Position numbers and translations under genes: made by a program. The notes beneath the pieces were generated by a model. It saw only the letters and a program-made list of their open reading frames with translations. It was not told the origin of the DNA and searched no databases. Positions 26,001-39,345 of a DNA stretch of 64,000 nt are shown piece after piece. Origin of the DNA: Lepidodermella squamata (taxonomy: Eukaryota > Animalia > Gastrotricha); the NCBI GenBank assembly GCA_047495785.1, contig JBLDXI010000020.1, positions 2,170,001 through 2,234,000 of the forward strand, given 5' to 3'. Positions within the stretch are counted from its first letter, which is position 1; the number at the start of each line of letters is the position of its first letter.

Positions 26001-29000
26001 AATATCACGAGAATAGTAATCAAGTATGTCACTTGCTAATGAGGTTAAAAAAGACAGTAGAAATTGTTTTCAACTGGGTGAAATACCGAAAATTACCAAA
26101 ACAGTTACCCATTAAAGCCAAGAATGTTGTCGGAAAATATGTTGATTTTTCTTTCCCTATTGACACGTGCTTTTCCGATAGAGAAAAATTCGGGGATTAA
26201 GAATCGGAAAACCTTATATTTTTATCACCTAGCGTCATTGAGATATTCCAGTGTCAAGTTGTCACGTGACCTTACCTGTTGTCACACCTGGACGATTATC
26301 TCAAGAACGGTGATAGCTAGGACGCCGCTCTCAACGAAAAATTTCATCAGCGTGATGAGATCTATCTAGAAATGCATTCAGTTGGGTCATGGGTGATACT
26401 CCGTGCAAAATTGATTTTGATGACACTTTAGTAGTGGTGACAGTCCCAAAAAACGGCTGCTAGCTCATCACAAAGCCTGCGAAACACTGGTCATTTATCC
26501 GTTTTCCCCGAATTTATGCGATTTCCCAGCGCGGAGATTTGCCTTTTAGACACCCTGGGGTCGTAGTCACCCTGCAGGATTTTTTAAATATAGGTTGACA
26601 GGACAAGATGCCGATGGGCTTTTATGGGTCTTTAATGCCTTTAATTCCGGGTTTTCTCCGGTAAATTTGTATTTCTTCGGGTTAATCGCGAACAAAAGTA
26701 GAAATAATTTCTCGGTGAAAAAATTAAGTTTCCTACAAAAAATTGCCAAATTAAAAATAGCTGCGCAATTTCTGGAACACGCGCCGTATATACCTCGCCA
26801 TAGTTTATGAACTAGCTTTTCCCATGTCTAATTTCAAGGCGCCTATGTCAATGATTCGGTTGGCTGAAGTTCCATCGGTGTTCCAGCTCTAATTTTATGA
26901 GCCCTGAAACTAAAATTTTCTGATTATCAACGATTTTTGCGTTCCCCTATCATGATTGATACTGATTCCCTCCATAGCCCTGATATTTTTAATTTGACAT
27001 AATTTTGAAATTTCTCAATATTGGCTTCTAAGACATGATATCGGAAAACTCGCTGATTTTTAAAATCGATACTTGGAATCGATATCGGCTCCGCAGAATG
27101 AAGCATAAGTGTGTCATGGCAGACCGTCATAACAGCAAATACCCAAAAAAGCAAACGCGACAAAACAGAAAATTTCTCAACAGCAGAAACTCGATGCATC
27201 CTTTGCAGTAAGTTTTCGCTGTTTTGTCGCATAATAAAAATTTGCTGTTTGGTCGCATTCGCTGTTCTGCGAAGTTGCTGTTTTGTTGCTTAGGTTTGCC
27301 GGATCTATCGGTTAGGCATGATAATAAAAATGAGATTTTAGTGAATATATGGAACATGAAGGCCTTGGAGGTTGTAGAAACTCTAGAGCGGTAGCCTCCA
27401 ATTTGTTGCTGGAACCCTAAACCCTAAATTTAGGGTGCCAGCCCGAAGGAAACTGACTCTTATAGTCTCATTGTAAGATATTACATGTTGTCCGCAAATT
27501 GGCTAGTTTCAAAATAATCTGTTTCAAAATAATAGATGCCTTGGACCCTATCGAATCAACCTTGTGAGAACGACCTGCAAATGTGGAGATTAGTCATGGA
27601 TAACTTCAGTTACGCCATGCAACGGATTATGGCTTACATTCGCCGTGTATCAGGTTAGCATTTCTATTCTTTTTCTTGATCGATTATAACTTCATACCTG
27701 TTCGAATCTATAGAAACAGTTGAATTATCGGCCGGTGACAAGAGCAACCTTTTCGCGACGTCTTTCATAGCCATTTTCATTGCTCAATCGTCTCTATCCA
27801 GCAATAACAACTTCTTTAGTGCTAGCGTCAAATCAAAACATGAATTTTTCAAGTTTTTCCCCGCATTTCTGGTAAGTAAAATTGCAATTTAATTGAAGTT
27901 TTTCTAATTTTACGTTTTTATACTTGAAGCAACTAGAATCTGCTGTCAACGAAATTTCTCAAGCGATGTCAGCGTGGAGCCCCGATTTTGTTGAATTTTC
28001 TCTTTTAGTATCTTTGATCTTCTTTAGAGGTATGTGAAATTATTAATATTTTGCGATTTGGTGGGAATTTATCGATTTTTTTCAGCCGATATTTGTCATA
28101 CTCTTGAAAGACCTGATGTGGTGAATGCTATGAATAAACGAATTTCTGATGGTCTCATCGGCGTTTCTAAACTGAGTGAAAATCCTGAATTAAAGGTATG
28201 TTAACTTTCATAAATCAGGTGTTAATGTTCTGTAAATTCTAAAAAATGTCGGGATTCGTTTCTTTGAGTCCGAATATACAGTTTTCATCTGTCAGAAAAA
28301 ATCCATTTATTATTATTTAATAGTCACATGAATGAATTTTCGAGAATAATGATTGTTGGAAAATACCAATAAATTACCGTAAAATTAGGTAAATACTTAT
28401 GTTCTCAAACGGGCCAGTTACACTGTAACCCTTGGAGGTACAATTTTGCACAAAATTCTTTCACCTGTTGGCCTACTTTTCGTTTCGGAGACAAAACTCG
28501 GGAAAAAATGTCAGAAAAATCACCGATCACTTAGGTTACTAGGCTATCAATTTTGTTTTTCCGAATTCAATACCTGAACTCGAAAAACCCGAAATGACCC
28601 CTCTGCATGTCCTCGCCCAGATGGTTCCTGAATTAAGGTGAAAATTTAATGAAATTAAAATGAAGGTAACGTAAAGCCAGTAATTGCTCAGGTGGAACGG
28701 AAAATTTTAAACGCCATAATTCCAGGTAAATTAACGGTTAACGGTAAAGTAGACGTTTTTTAGATAACATTTTGTCCACTCGCTGGTGCAATGTTGTTCA
28801 TTCCACCCTACGGAAATGTTTTCATCGCTTAGGATTGTTATGGGCATATCGTTAGCGTCGTTGAGTAACTCGGCTTTTTTACGTCCATTTCAAGTGAATG
28901 GTGACAAGTAAGTATTTTGTTTTTGGCTATCCATTCTCGTTTTTTCGCTTTTTCACCCGTGACCTTGAAACATATGTAAAGAAGCCTAAATCCGAGCTAT

Positions 29001-29922
29001 TCAACGGCGCTAACGACTCTAAGCTGACTTGTAAGAAGCTGGGCTCATGCTGATAATTACATAATTTTTCCGGTATTTTTATCACCCCACCTTGATTTTT
29101 GGCAAATTTTCACGTTGAAAATGACCGCGTTGGAAATTGCTTGGATGAATCATCGCCCAAATCAGATGGTTAACGAAAACAGGGGGTCAACATATTTGCA
29201 ACACCAAAAATGAGGTTCCAGCACTAAATTTTTCAGATTCTTTGCGATTTCTGCTTCGTTTTATGATCGATAATGGGGCCCTCCCTGAACCTAGGTTTTT
29301 TATTTTAGCTACATGGTGCACTAAGCTAAGTAGAAAATTTGTCGATGTTCGGTTCCAAGACGGCTGATATCGGAAAAATCACTGATTTGTAAAATCAATA
29401 CTTGGAATCGATATCGGCTCTATAAGATGAAATATAATTCGTAAACTGACCACTCATAGCGCGAAATACGCCTAATATGATAATCAGTTAGGCATGATAA
29501 CAAAAAATTGAGATAATTGAATTTAGTGTAGACTAGAAACTCGAAAAACCATATTTAGGGGGAATCTAATAATTTGAATTATTTTATTTAATTGATGCTA
29601 TTTTATTTATTTATCATTATAATTTATGCATTTTTTGAATTTTAAATTTATATTTCAGCTTCAAAATTTTTACCGTGTGATAAATTTATTGCGAACATTC
29701 GAGTTGAACTGTGATAAAGTTCTCATGCAATCGCTGGCAAATCGGCCCGATTTGTTGCACGTCAATGAACTCTTCTCAGAAATGCACCTGGCGGCGTTTG
29801 CAAATCGGCGTCAATTACAACACCAATTGCGGCCCTTCCTAGGCCTCTCATCTAGCTCAGCCAACAACTCGCCAACTAAACCCAGCAATCAAACTAGTGA
29901 CAAAACTGCAAGCCAGCCGTGA
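23028..29922 (+). CDS. Divergent nuclear receptor NR-C (DBD + LBD; large TE-filled introns)
   Basis: VCA|VCEVPLKNSPSYRITVPACDACK|KFFWRNR...CAHCRLAKCFAVGL. Exons at ~25452-25838 and 27536-28195 (ELSAGDKSNLF, WSPDFVEFSLL), last exon 29660-29922 (LFSEMH). Intron positions match NR-B. Confidence 0.85.
24110..24290 (+). repeat. ~180-bp direct repeat in NR-C introns (second copy ~26107-26289)
   Basis: ACCCATTAAAGCC.AGAATGTTGTCGGAAAATATG...GTCAAGTTGTCACGTGACCTTACCT.TTGTCACACC occurs at both sites. Confidence 0.85.
24382..25032. mobile_element. TA-flanked MITE (Tc1/mariner/pogo-type)
   Basis: Termini TA-CCGTGGTGTGGGGTAACTTGGCCG ... CGGCCAAGTTACCCCACGCCATGG-TA, with an internal repeat of GGGGTAACTTGGCCG. 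Confidence 0.85.
27037..27345 (+). repeat. Composite repeat: a family-A (ACAGCAAA-rich) unit at ~27117-27290 inside a family-B unit
   Basis: Family-B string GATATCGGAAAA...ATACTTGGAATCGATATCGGCTC precedes the family-A unit and TCGGTTAGGCATGATAA follows it. Family B recurs at ~29210-29520, 39866-40005 (reverse), 59521-59780 and 63060-63165. Confidence 0.75.
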
Positions 29923-30221
29923 TTATTGAAAAATTATTGCTCAAATATTATCGTCTAATTATTCTGATTGATTGATTCTGTAGATATTATATTATCGGAT
30001 TGTCTTTTATAAAAAAAAACAGAATAAATTTGTGAGAAATTTTTCGATTTTATCTTCCGCGCGTATATTAATTTAAACCAGTGCGAATTGTTATTGGAAC
30101 GCCTTATCATGCACGTGTCTTATATTATTTTTCGCGCGTCTTTTGAGAAAATAAATATCAGCGAGTCAGAAATAATCACCGATAACAAAATGTGAGTTAA
30201 TTTTGCGTTTTTCATCTCGCG

Positions 30222-33200
30222 ATGAATTTACTAATTTTAGCAAATATTCTAGCGTTTTCCTGCCGTTTTGCCGAGTCGCAAATAGCAGCTGCTGGTTGGG
30301 CTGATTCGGAAGATGCCCACGGTGAGCGGGAGAATATATTCAAAAGTCGGGATTTTTACCTAGAAAACGCCGGCGGGATGACGGACGAACAGCGAATTTT
30401 GAGGGAGGCGTTCAAAAATTACGACAGACTCGCGCGGCCTGTTCTGGATAATCGCGACGCGGTAACGATCATCATGAGTTTGACCATCACGCAAATCGCT
30501 GAGCTAGATGAGAAGAATCAAGTGTTGATAACAAACGCTTGGACGAATTACGAATGGCGCGACGAGTATTTGACGTGGAATCCGGCGAATTACAGCGGCC
30601 TAAAGGCTATAGGCATTCCGAGTCACAGAATCTGGCGGCCTGATATAGTGCTTTACAACAGGTAAATTAGAACTTTTCCTCTACACCAGCTATTAAAATT
30701 CGCATGGGAAAATGTAGCCACAGATCTTAAAAGGCTAGCCAGTTTTAACACTTACCGTTCCTATCATAATAGGTTTATTGGGCCAGACTTCAAACTATAA
30801 TGCAAAATCGTGAATTTTTAAATGCTGGCTAATTTTTTGAAGTTCCTATATCCGGTCACAAAAGCGAGTGATTTTTAGTTTTTTATCTTGCTAAGAGACT
30901 TATTCTGGGGAAGCTTTTGAACTTAGTGTGATGCTCCAGACATTTTTTTTAAATGCCATAATATGTGGGGTAACTTCGAAGGATTAAAAATCTTGAGTTC
31001 AAAATTTTTTAATATTTTGGTGGAGAACATTATTTGCTTGCTTTGACAGTTTTAGGAGTTAACGTAGGTAATTTTCTTGAAAATGTCCCATTTTCGAAAA
31101 ATGCTGTTTTTGCCGAGAGTTGATCCGTGTCAGATCTGTGCCGTTGACATTAAATAGTTCAAAAATCCATAACTTGTGACCTCAGTTGGAACTTGGTGGA
31201 TTCATTCTTGGTGGATACCGAACCCAATGCTTGCCAATGAATTATGATCCTCCCATGAGACAATGATGCGGACTAAGATTGCGGATAAAACCGTCGCGAG
31301 CACAGGTATCAGGCAAAATGCGGTGAATCAGCGGCAAAAAATAGCCTTCTTTGAAAATGGGATTTTTTTTAAGAAAATCATCTGACACATTTTCCCACCA
31401 GATTTTTCGCTCGACTCAGATGATAACAAAAGTTTCAGATTTTTTCCACAACCTAGGCTTACCGTAAGGGTGGTTAATTTGAACAAAAATACGTTTTTCT
31501 GCTCTAGAAAATCAGGAAAAAATTACACAAATGTGGCAATTTCAGGGCATTAGGGGCGCCCAATTCCTATGTCTGAGCAAAATTTCGTTTATTTCCCCAA
31601 ATTTTCCTATGTTACCTTGATTTTATAAAAAGGGTGCGTGGTTTGGATAAATTTGGACACTTGTGGGGTAATTTGGACACCTCATTAGCATATTCATAAT
31701 CGTTAGGATGCGGGCAGAACTTGAAATTCTGAAAGAAATGCAGATTAGGACATGGATTAGTTCTTAGGTCTTCTGACGTGGAATCATGGTTCTTCCATTC
31801 CACCGTTAAAGATGGCTGGAGAATTTATTAAATTTTTTTTATTAATTGCATTATTAATTTGCAGCGCAGCTGATTTTGCAACACAAGCAGTTTCGCCGTA
31901 AGAAGTTTTTAATCCGAGAATTTTCCAATTATTCTTTTATTCAATCAAGGCGAGCGTTCGTTTCTCACGATGGCCACGTTATGTATCGAGTGTTGACTAA
32001 ACTATTCTCCTCCTGTAAAATCGACGTGACGTATGAACACCCTATTGGCTTTGTCAGGAAATTGTTATAATACTCTCTTTTCAGGTATTTTCCTTTCGAC
32101 GAGCAGCTGGTACGTTTTCTTTCGTTTTTCTTTCAGTTTGAAATTCTCCAAAATTGTCTCGTAGTGCCGTATGAAGTTTGGAAGCTGGACGTTTGGTATA
32201 AGTTGGTCCATGTCATTTCGATAACAGGCTTTGTTTTCTGTAGATGGCTTCAAGGTGGATCTCGTAAATTCATCGTCGACTGCTGACCTCAGCTCTTACC
32301 TCGAAAGCGGTGAATGGGAGTTGATTTACGCTGAACAACGTCGAAATGTCGTAGTCTATACATGCTGTAAAATTATTTTCGAGAAAAATACCCTCAAATT
32401 ATAATAAATTTCTTCGTTACAAGGCATCGAGCCATATCCTGATGTAACATTCTACGTGAGTTTTGAATCAAATTTCAAGTTCGTTCAATTTTTGTAAAAT
32501 TTAAAAAAATTTCAAGAATATTCGCGATTTTCCAAAATAATTGAAATAAGGGTGCCAACTTTCATACATAAATATGTATGAAATTTTTCCCTTTCATACA
32601 TATTTATGTATGACAAAATTAACTTTCATACATATTTATTTTCATTAAATTCGAGCTGAAAACATTAGGGAAATGCCAGATGACTAGATTTCTGTTTATG
32701 TGAAAGAAAAACGGGGTTCCGAAAGCGTAGTCAATTTTTTCCGAATGAAAATGATTATTGGGGAAGCGCAAGGGTCAAAAAATCGAACTTTGTAGAAACC
32801 CGAAACTCGAACTACCCTAACCCTAAACCTTAACCGTGAGACCTAACCAAACCCTAAACCTAACCCTAACCCTAACCCGAACCCTGGCACCTAACCCTAA
32901 CCCCCAACCCCAATTCCTAATCACTGCTTGGCTAAAAAACACGATTTTATGAAAAAAAATATGTATGAAAGTTAATTTTGTCATACATAAATATGTATGA
33001 AAGGGAAAAATTTCATACATAAATATGTATGAAAGCGCACTTCGTTGAAATAATTGAAGAAAACAATTTTTGCTAATTTTAAAAAATTATTTAAAATTTT
33101 GAAGTTATTTTAAAATTTCGAATTTCCAGATTTTGATTCGGCGAAAGGCGCTTTACTATGTTCTTAACGTGTTCTTGCCGTGTTTCATTCTAACTTCTCT

Positions 33201-33953
33201 GACGCTATTCGTATTTTTACTACCGGTCGAATCCGGCGAAAAATGCGGCCTTGGTAAGTTCCAACACAAAACGCGGGAATTTTTTTTAATTTCTGACAAT
33301 TCTATCAGCCATCGCTATCATGCTAGGCTTTGCCGTCTTCATGTTAACCGTCATCGAAAAGTTACCAGATACCTCCGAATCTTTTCCCTTAATAAGTTCG
33401 ATTTCTCAAATAATTTTGAAATCATCGATAAATATTTTGTACAGGTATTTACGTGGCTGGAGTTCAGACCTTACTCGGAGCTAGTATTTGCTTCACAACC
33501 GGCGTTTTAATCCTATACTACAGACCTAGCGAAAACCGGCCAATTCCAATGAAACTCCGGCGATTTCTCGACGCAATCGCCCCGTTTTGTTTCATATTTG
33601 ACGACGCCCCAAGTTGGGTGCGAAGCCGGTACCCAGCCGTTACCAAAGTGGAACCAAGCGATTTAATCGCCCAACTATCGTCGCAATTGGTCGAAATCCA
33701 GCTATCGCCCGGGCTTAACAAAAATCGCATGATGACCGATCGATTTTTAAACGAATTTCACCGCTCGCTGATTTCGGGCCTCGTGCGGGTTGCCGATCGG
33801 GAAATCGACCAAGCCGATCAGGGCATGATTATCGAGGAATGGCGCAGATTAGCCCAGTACGCTGATCGGCTACTTTTCATCACCCTTGTTATTTTCATAG
33901 TTCTTTTCTCGCTCTATATCCTGGTTTTTGCACCCGAACATAAATTACTGTGA
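30222..33953 (+). CDS. Nicotinic acetylcholine receptor alpha-type subunit 1 (alpha7/alpha9-10-like; ~10 exons)
   Basis: Signal peptide; [14 protein letters not shown]; WRPDIVLYN; Cys-loop CKIDVT|YFPFDEQL|[10 protein letters not shown]; loop C YTC|[11 protein letters not shown]; M1-M2 [11 protein letters not shown]; M4 DRLLF. Confidence 0.92.
32551..33040. mobile_element. Foldback/MITE-like element with ~90-bp inverted arms enclosing a degenerate (CCCTAA)n tract
   Basis: Arms built of TTTCATACATA.ATATGTATGAAA units at ~32560-32645 and ~32949-33035 are reverse complements. CCCTAACCCTAA tract at ~32815-32912. Confidence 0.85.
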
Positions 33954-36279
33954 AAAATCGGAATTTTTACCTTGTTTTTCTTCTGTTATTATTATTATTT
34001 TGCAATCTTTCGTTCGAGCCAATTAACTACTGGCAGCTTATGAATAATGCGTGCCAAATTATATCTGCTGCTGATCATTGATAAATAGCTATATATATAT
34101 CTATCGAAAATAAAAATAATAATAACAGCGGGCTTTTGTAGCTGCTACAAGCACTGAGGTTCTTATACGCGTTTGATGGTGGAGCTGTACAATATATCGG
34201 TAATAGTTGCGCGCTGCTGCGTAATGAAGCGGCGATTTTTGACTGCGAGGCGCGGTAAAACTTGACAAGTGGATGCTGAAGAAGTGCACGTGGCGCGGGC
34301 GGGCGCGCAAACATTTTTCATGTCGGTAGAAATAAGTGTAACGATAATAGAGCTCGACTATCACGGCTATAACGCCTATACTTATACAACCTTTCATTGC
34401 AATAGACCGTTGTAGTGAAGCATCTATAGATCAAGTGAAACACGCCTTATACTCCAGATTTGCAGTGAAAATAGGGAATTTCAGGGAAGATTTGCATATT
34501 TTTTTTAGGTTGGATATTTTTAAATTTATACCTCGATATTAAAAAAAGCGAAAGTGGCATATCCCTAAATATTGGAAGGTGGGAGAGGTCATTATCGAAA
34601 CCTAATTATCATATTCGTAATTACATTGGGACGCGCTAAATTATAGCCACGTTTGAAATTCATTGAATTTTTCGGCAACGTTTGAAATCGGGCCCTCCTG
34701 TTACAGAAACCAAATTTGCCATTGCGGAACCAAATTTTGGAATTTTTAATGGGCCGAAAACCACGGAAAAATCAGGAATTCAGCGTGGTGCCTTTTCTTC
34801 TTTTTCTTGCTTTTAACAATTTTATTATTATTATTATTTGGGACATGGCCATAGACATAATTTAGGAATTCCTAAATTATGTCTATGGACATGGCACATG
34901 GGACTGTTTTTTTGTCGGTCAAGGTCAATGTCAAGATTGGGTCAAAAAGGCACACGCCAGACACCAGACGTCGCCTCAGCTACTTGACCTCGCGAAAACG
35001 AAAGTCCGTTTTCTTATGCCGTCGCGTCTCATTTTGCCTATTCTCTGATTTCATTCATTTATCTGACGAAAATGGCCTAGAAAATGGTGAAATGGTTTTT
35101 TTCAATATGAATCTAATTAGCCACACTTCCAAGCCGATTTTCCATAATAAGAATATTCCGCTCCGGCTTTGTCGTCTTAAGCCTCATTTTTCCGAATATA
35201 TGTATATATTGGACATAGAGGAGAATATATATATAGAAAAGCCGAACACATAATGACCGATTATATGTCTCGGAGTCCAATATTTGCACATACCCAGAGG
35301 CATAGTAGTATCTACCGAATTTCAGGTACCCTCCGTGTTGCGAACGCTTTAATTGAGATAAATAACAAATTTTTCATCAACAATTTCATCAACAGCTACG
35401 TCGAAGAGTCACACAATGGCTCGAGCCATTCGAAATATCAAATCAACTCGATTTTCTCGGTATCTGGGGTGAATGCTGCTTGATTCCCGGGCCGTTCGTG
35501 ATTTTCAATAAGCTCAATTGATTTTGAATAATAATGCTATTTTGGGTTTCATGAGTTTCATGGGATAAGGGTGTGAACACAAATAGACAACTGCCCAATT
35601 CGTGCCCCTCCTTGGCCTAGGAGTATATGAAAATTTTGTTTATTTTCTAGATTAATAATTGCAATATATTAGATGCTGATATTATTGGCATTTTTCCTCG
35701 CAATAATGAAGAGATTATTTTTCTTTTAAGAATCGGGGCATTTATCTTGATTTGAAATGTTCAAATATCCTGATTAGTGAACCCCCGCCGAATCGTTTTT
35801 TTCCATCGCACCGTAGTAATTCAAAACGAAGGGTTTGCGGCCAAAAATGACCCAGTTATAACTCTACCCGCCCTAGGTTGAAAAAAATGTTCTCTCAGTG
35901 GCCGGAGTGGCACGGGGAATAATGGCCTAGGGTTAAAACGCCGTTCAAAATCTAACACCACTGATCGGAGGAAAACCGCAATCATCATCCCACCACACTG
36001 GTGGGTAAGGATATAAAGCTTATTAAGAACTCGGATGGAAAAAACCATGATTTCATATCGCAAAAGAGACAATTAAGGATCGCCGCTTTTTTGCATTTCA
36101 AGAACCGCAATTCATTACAGCGCTAGTTTCGAACAAATCACTTGTCTAAGAAACGCATCAGATTTTACGAGGAAGTGCCGCTATTATTGGAAATTATCTC
36201 CTCTTCAATTTTTCCCAGTTCTAGATATTTCATTATGCTTTCTTAAAAAACTAGGCCATTCTAATATATTCGGACAAAA

Positions 36280-38817
36280 ATGATGATGAAATTCATCGAA
36301 TTTGCAATAATTTCATCAATATTCCTACATTCGATCATCGAGGCGAATATTGTATCGACAAAGCGGCCGATAATTCCGCGGCGAAATGCAACAGCCGCCC
36401 CAATGAAAACATCGCCAGCTAGTCCTAGAACAACGCCCCGAGACACGTCACGGTCAACAACACCCAGCCAAGCTTTTTACACGTTGGACCGAACTCAGCT
36501 GAGTTTCCCACCAGACGGCGCTGTTTCGTCGATGAATCGGCTTACAGATGGCTATTTAGACGCATTTAATTACAAAAATTCGACTACAACGATGGTAACA
36601 GCGCTTGGCTTGACACCGGGCTCGTTTCCTCAGGAATATCTCAGCCCGCAATTGTTGGCGTATCAGTACGTAAAAGCTGGCCGCCTGACGGATGAGCAGC
36701 GGTTGATGCAAAAATTATTCAGCAATTACGACAGATTTGCTAGGCCGGTGCTCAATTTAACCGACCCTGTTATAGTCAGGTATCGAAGATTTCGGATGAT
36801 TTTTTTTGCTTTTGTGACCCACATTTTTTCTATTATAGTATGAGCTTAACGATCACGCAAATTTTTGAGTTGGACGAAAAAAATCAAGTTTTAATTACGA
36901 ACGCCTGGGCAAATTTTGAGTGGCGAGACGAGTACCTACGCTGGAAACCGGATGATTATGCTTTCATGGAAATGGTCCGAATGCCTAGCAGTAAACTATG
37001 GTTGCCAGGTATTTTTTTCAAAATTTCAAAAATGAAATTTTAATTATTTTTCATTTTTTTAGACGTCGTGTTGTACAATAAGTGAGAACCCCATTTTCGA
37101 GATTTTTCCATCACAACTAAATTGGGACATTTTTACAGTGCCGCTGACTTTGCTCCAACTCAACTTTCAACTAAAGCGATGGTTTCATCTGATGGAATGG
37201 TAAAAAATATTTTTAATTTTTTTTAATTTTAATAACAAAATTTCCAAAGATTTTCTGGTCCGTTCCGAACAAATTCTTCTCATCATGCCAAATTGATGTG
37301 ACGTGAGTTATATTGGCACAATTTATCAATTTCATTTCATTTTTTTCTTATATTTCCAGGTATTTCCCTTTCGATGAACAAATCGTAAGCAAAATGGTTG
37401 TTAATTGTCCTCAATTTATAAAAAATGATAAAATTTTTCAAGTGCCGAATGAAATTTGGAAGTTGGACATACGGTGAGTGCATATTAAAATTTCGAAAAA
37501 GCCTTCAATAAACACTGAATTTGTTTTAGATGGTTTCAAAATCGATTTGGTGAACAGTTCCACTAGTGCTGATCTATCGTTTTACGTTAAATCCGGCGAG
37601 TGGGACCTAATCCGGGCCGAACAACGCCGCCATGTCGTCATTTACTCCTGCTGCATAGAACCCTACCCCGATGTCACATTTTACGTAGGTTTTTGGTCGA
37701 ATTTTTATCGATTTACGGACGATTTTTTTTTAATTTTATAGATTCATATTAGACGAAAATCGCTGTATTACTTTTTCAACGTCTTTCTGCCTTGCTTCCT
37801 GATGAGTGCTCTCACGCTGCTAGTTTTCTTGCTCCCGGTCGAATCTGGAGAGAAATGCGGTGAGATTTTCGGATGAAAAATTCCTATGGCAAAAATTTAA
37901 TTTTTCACATTTTCGGAGTTTTATAAATCTCGATTAAAAAATACCGAAAAATACCGATAAAACCGATCAGGACCCCCGAACACAAGAAAAAGCCCTTACT
38001 AAGCCTAGGAATGAAAATGATAAAAAATTCCGAACGGTAATATCAGGAATCCCGAACGTAAAAGGGCCTTACTATTCATTAAATCTCAGCAATGACCTAA
38101 CCATGTCCCATTTTCATTTTTAATTAAAAAGAAATTGAACCGGTTTCATTTTGAAACGCCAGATTCAGCTTTTTATTCCCATTTTTTTATATTTTTCCAA
38201 TTTCAGGTCTCGGCATCACTATTATGCTTTCCTTCGCCGTGTTCATGTTGACAGTCATCGAAAAGCTACCAGACACGAGCGAATCAGCGCCTTTGATCAG
38301 CATTTACCTGACCGTAGTATTGACAATGACAGCTTGCAGCATTTGCTGTACCGTCGCCGTGCTAAGCCTAAACCACCGCAATTCCCACGCTGGCCAAGTT
38401 CCTAAATGGCTATGCCGCTTCCTTAATTTCGTCTCATCGGCGTGCTGCATCCACGGTCGAATGTCCTCACTGACTTCCGAGAACAATCATTCAATAGCTA
38501 TGACAAAGTTGAAGCCTCGTGATTTTCTACTCGAGCTGTCGAATGAAATGTTGGCGCTAACGAACGGCAAACCGCACGAGTTGACGGATGGTGACGTTTT
38601 CCAGCATAATTTCATTATCGGTATTAATCGAATTTTCGATCGGCACTCGCGGCAGATGCAGAAAGATGTCACGGACGCGGATTGGCGGCGGGTGGCTCAG
38701 TTTATTGACAGAACGCTGTTTTGGATGCTGCTCATCTCCATGACAACGTTTTCGATCTATCTGCTGATTTTCTACACCCCGCTTCAGCAAATGGATTATG
38801 AAGCTGCGATTAAATAA
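36280..38817 (+). CDS. Nicotinic acetylcholine receptor alpha-type subunit 2, with long S/T/P-rich N-terminal extension (~10 exons)
   Basis: [34 protein letters not shown]|YFPFDEQI|[30 protein letters not shown]|[28 protein letters not shown]. Confidence 0.92.
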
Positions 38818-38954
38818 GACTGATGATTTTTTGCCCTTCTCATCACACGATCTTATTTGTTAATACATCATGTTATTGATCGCACTTGCTGAAAATAAAA
38901 AATTGGCCGTTTTGATTTTTATTCGGGTAAACACTTTGGGCAATTTCAAATGAT

Positions 38955-39345
38955 ATGGTACGACGACAAAACAGCACCTTCGCAGAACAGCGAATGCGAC
39001 AAAACAGCAACTTTTTTTATTTCGCGACAAAACAGCGAACATTTTACTATGTGAAAGATGCATCGTGTTTCTGCTGTCGCAAGTTGAAAATGTTGCTATT
39101 TTGTCGCGTTTGCTGTTTTGGGTATCTGCTGTTATGACGTTCTGCCAATGATATATACCAGTTCATCAATTTTAGAAAAATCAACAACAAAAAATGGCAG
39201 ACCGTCATAACAGCAAATACACAAAACAGCAAACGCGATATAACAGCAAATTTTTCAACTTGCGACATAACAGCAGAAACACGATGCATCTTTTACATAG
39301 TAAGTTTTCGCTGTTCTGCGTAGTTGCTGTTTTGTCGCCCTACCC
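38955..39345. repeat. Two family-A repeat units in inverted orientation (other copies at ~27117-27290, 54187-54370, 60893-61077)
   Basis: TGGCAGA.CGTCATAACAGCA.ATAC.CAAAACAGCAAACGCGA occurs on both strands around a ~45-bp spacer. Confidence 0.85.

Noticed and set aside
26927-27357. Recurrent Cys-rich ORFs ([17 protein letters not shown]) here and at 38860-39400, 53965-54396, 60847-61083
   Set aside because: They are translations of the non-coding family-A repeat, with no signal peptides or consistent frame.
32823-33020. ORF with a RVRVRVRV / GLGLG repeat
   Set aside because: It is the translation of the telomere-like tract.
34879-35483. ORFs 34879-35253 and 35253-35483 between nAChR1 and nAChR2
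   Set aside because: No recognisable domain, signal peptide or consistent exon chain.
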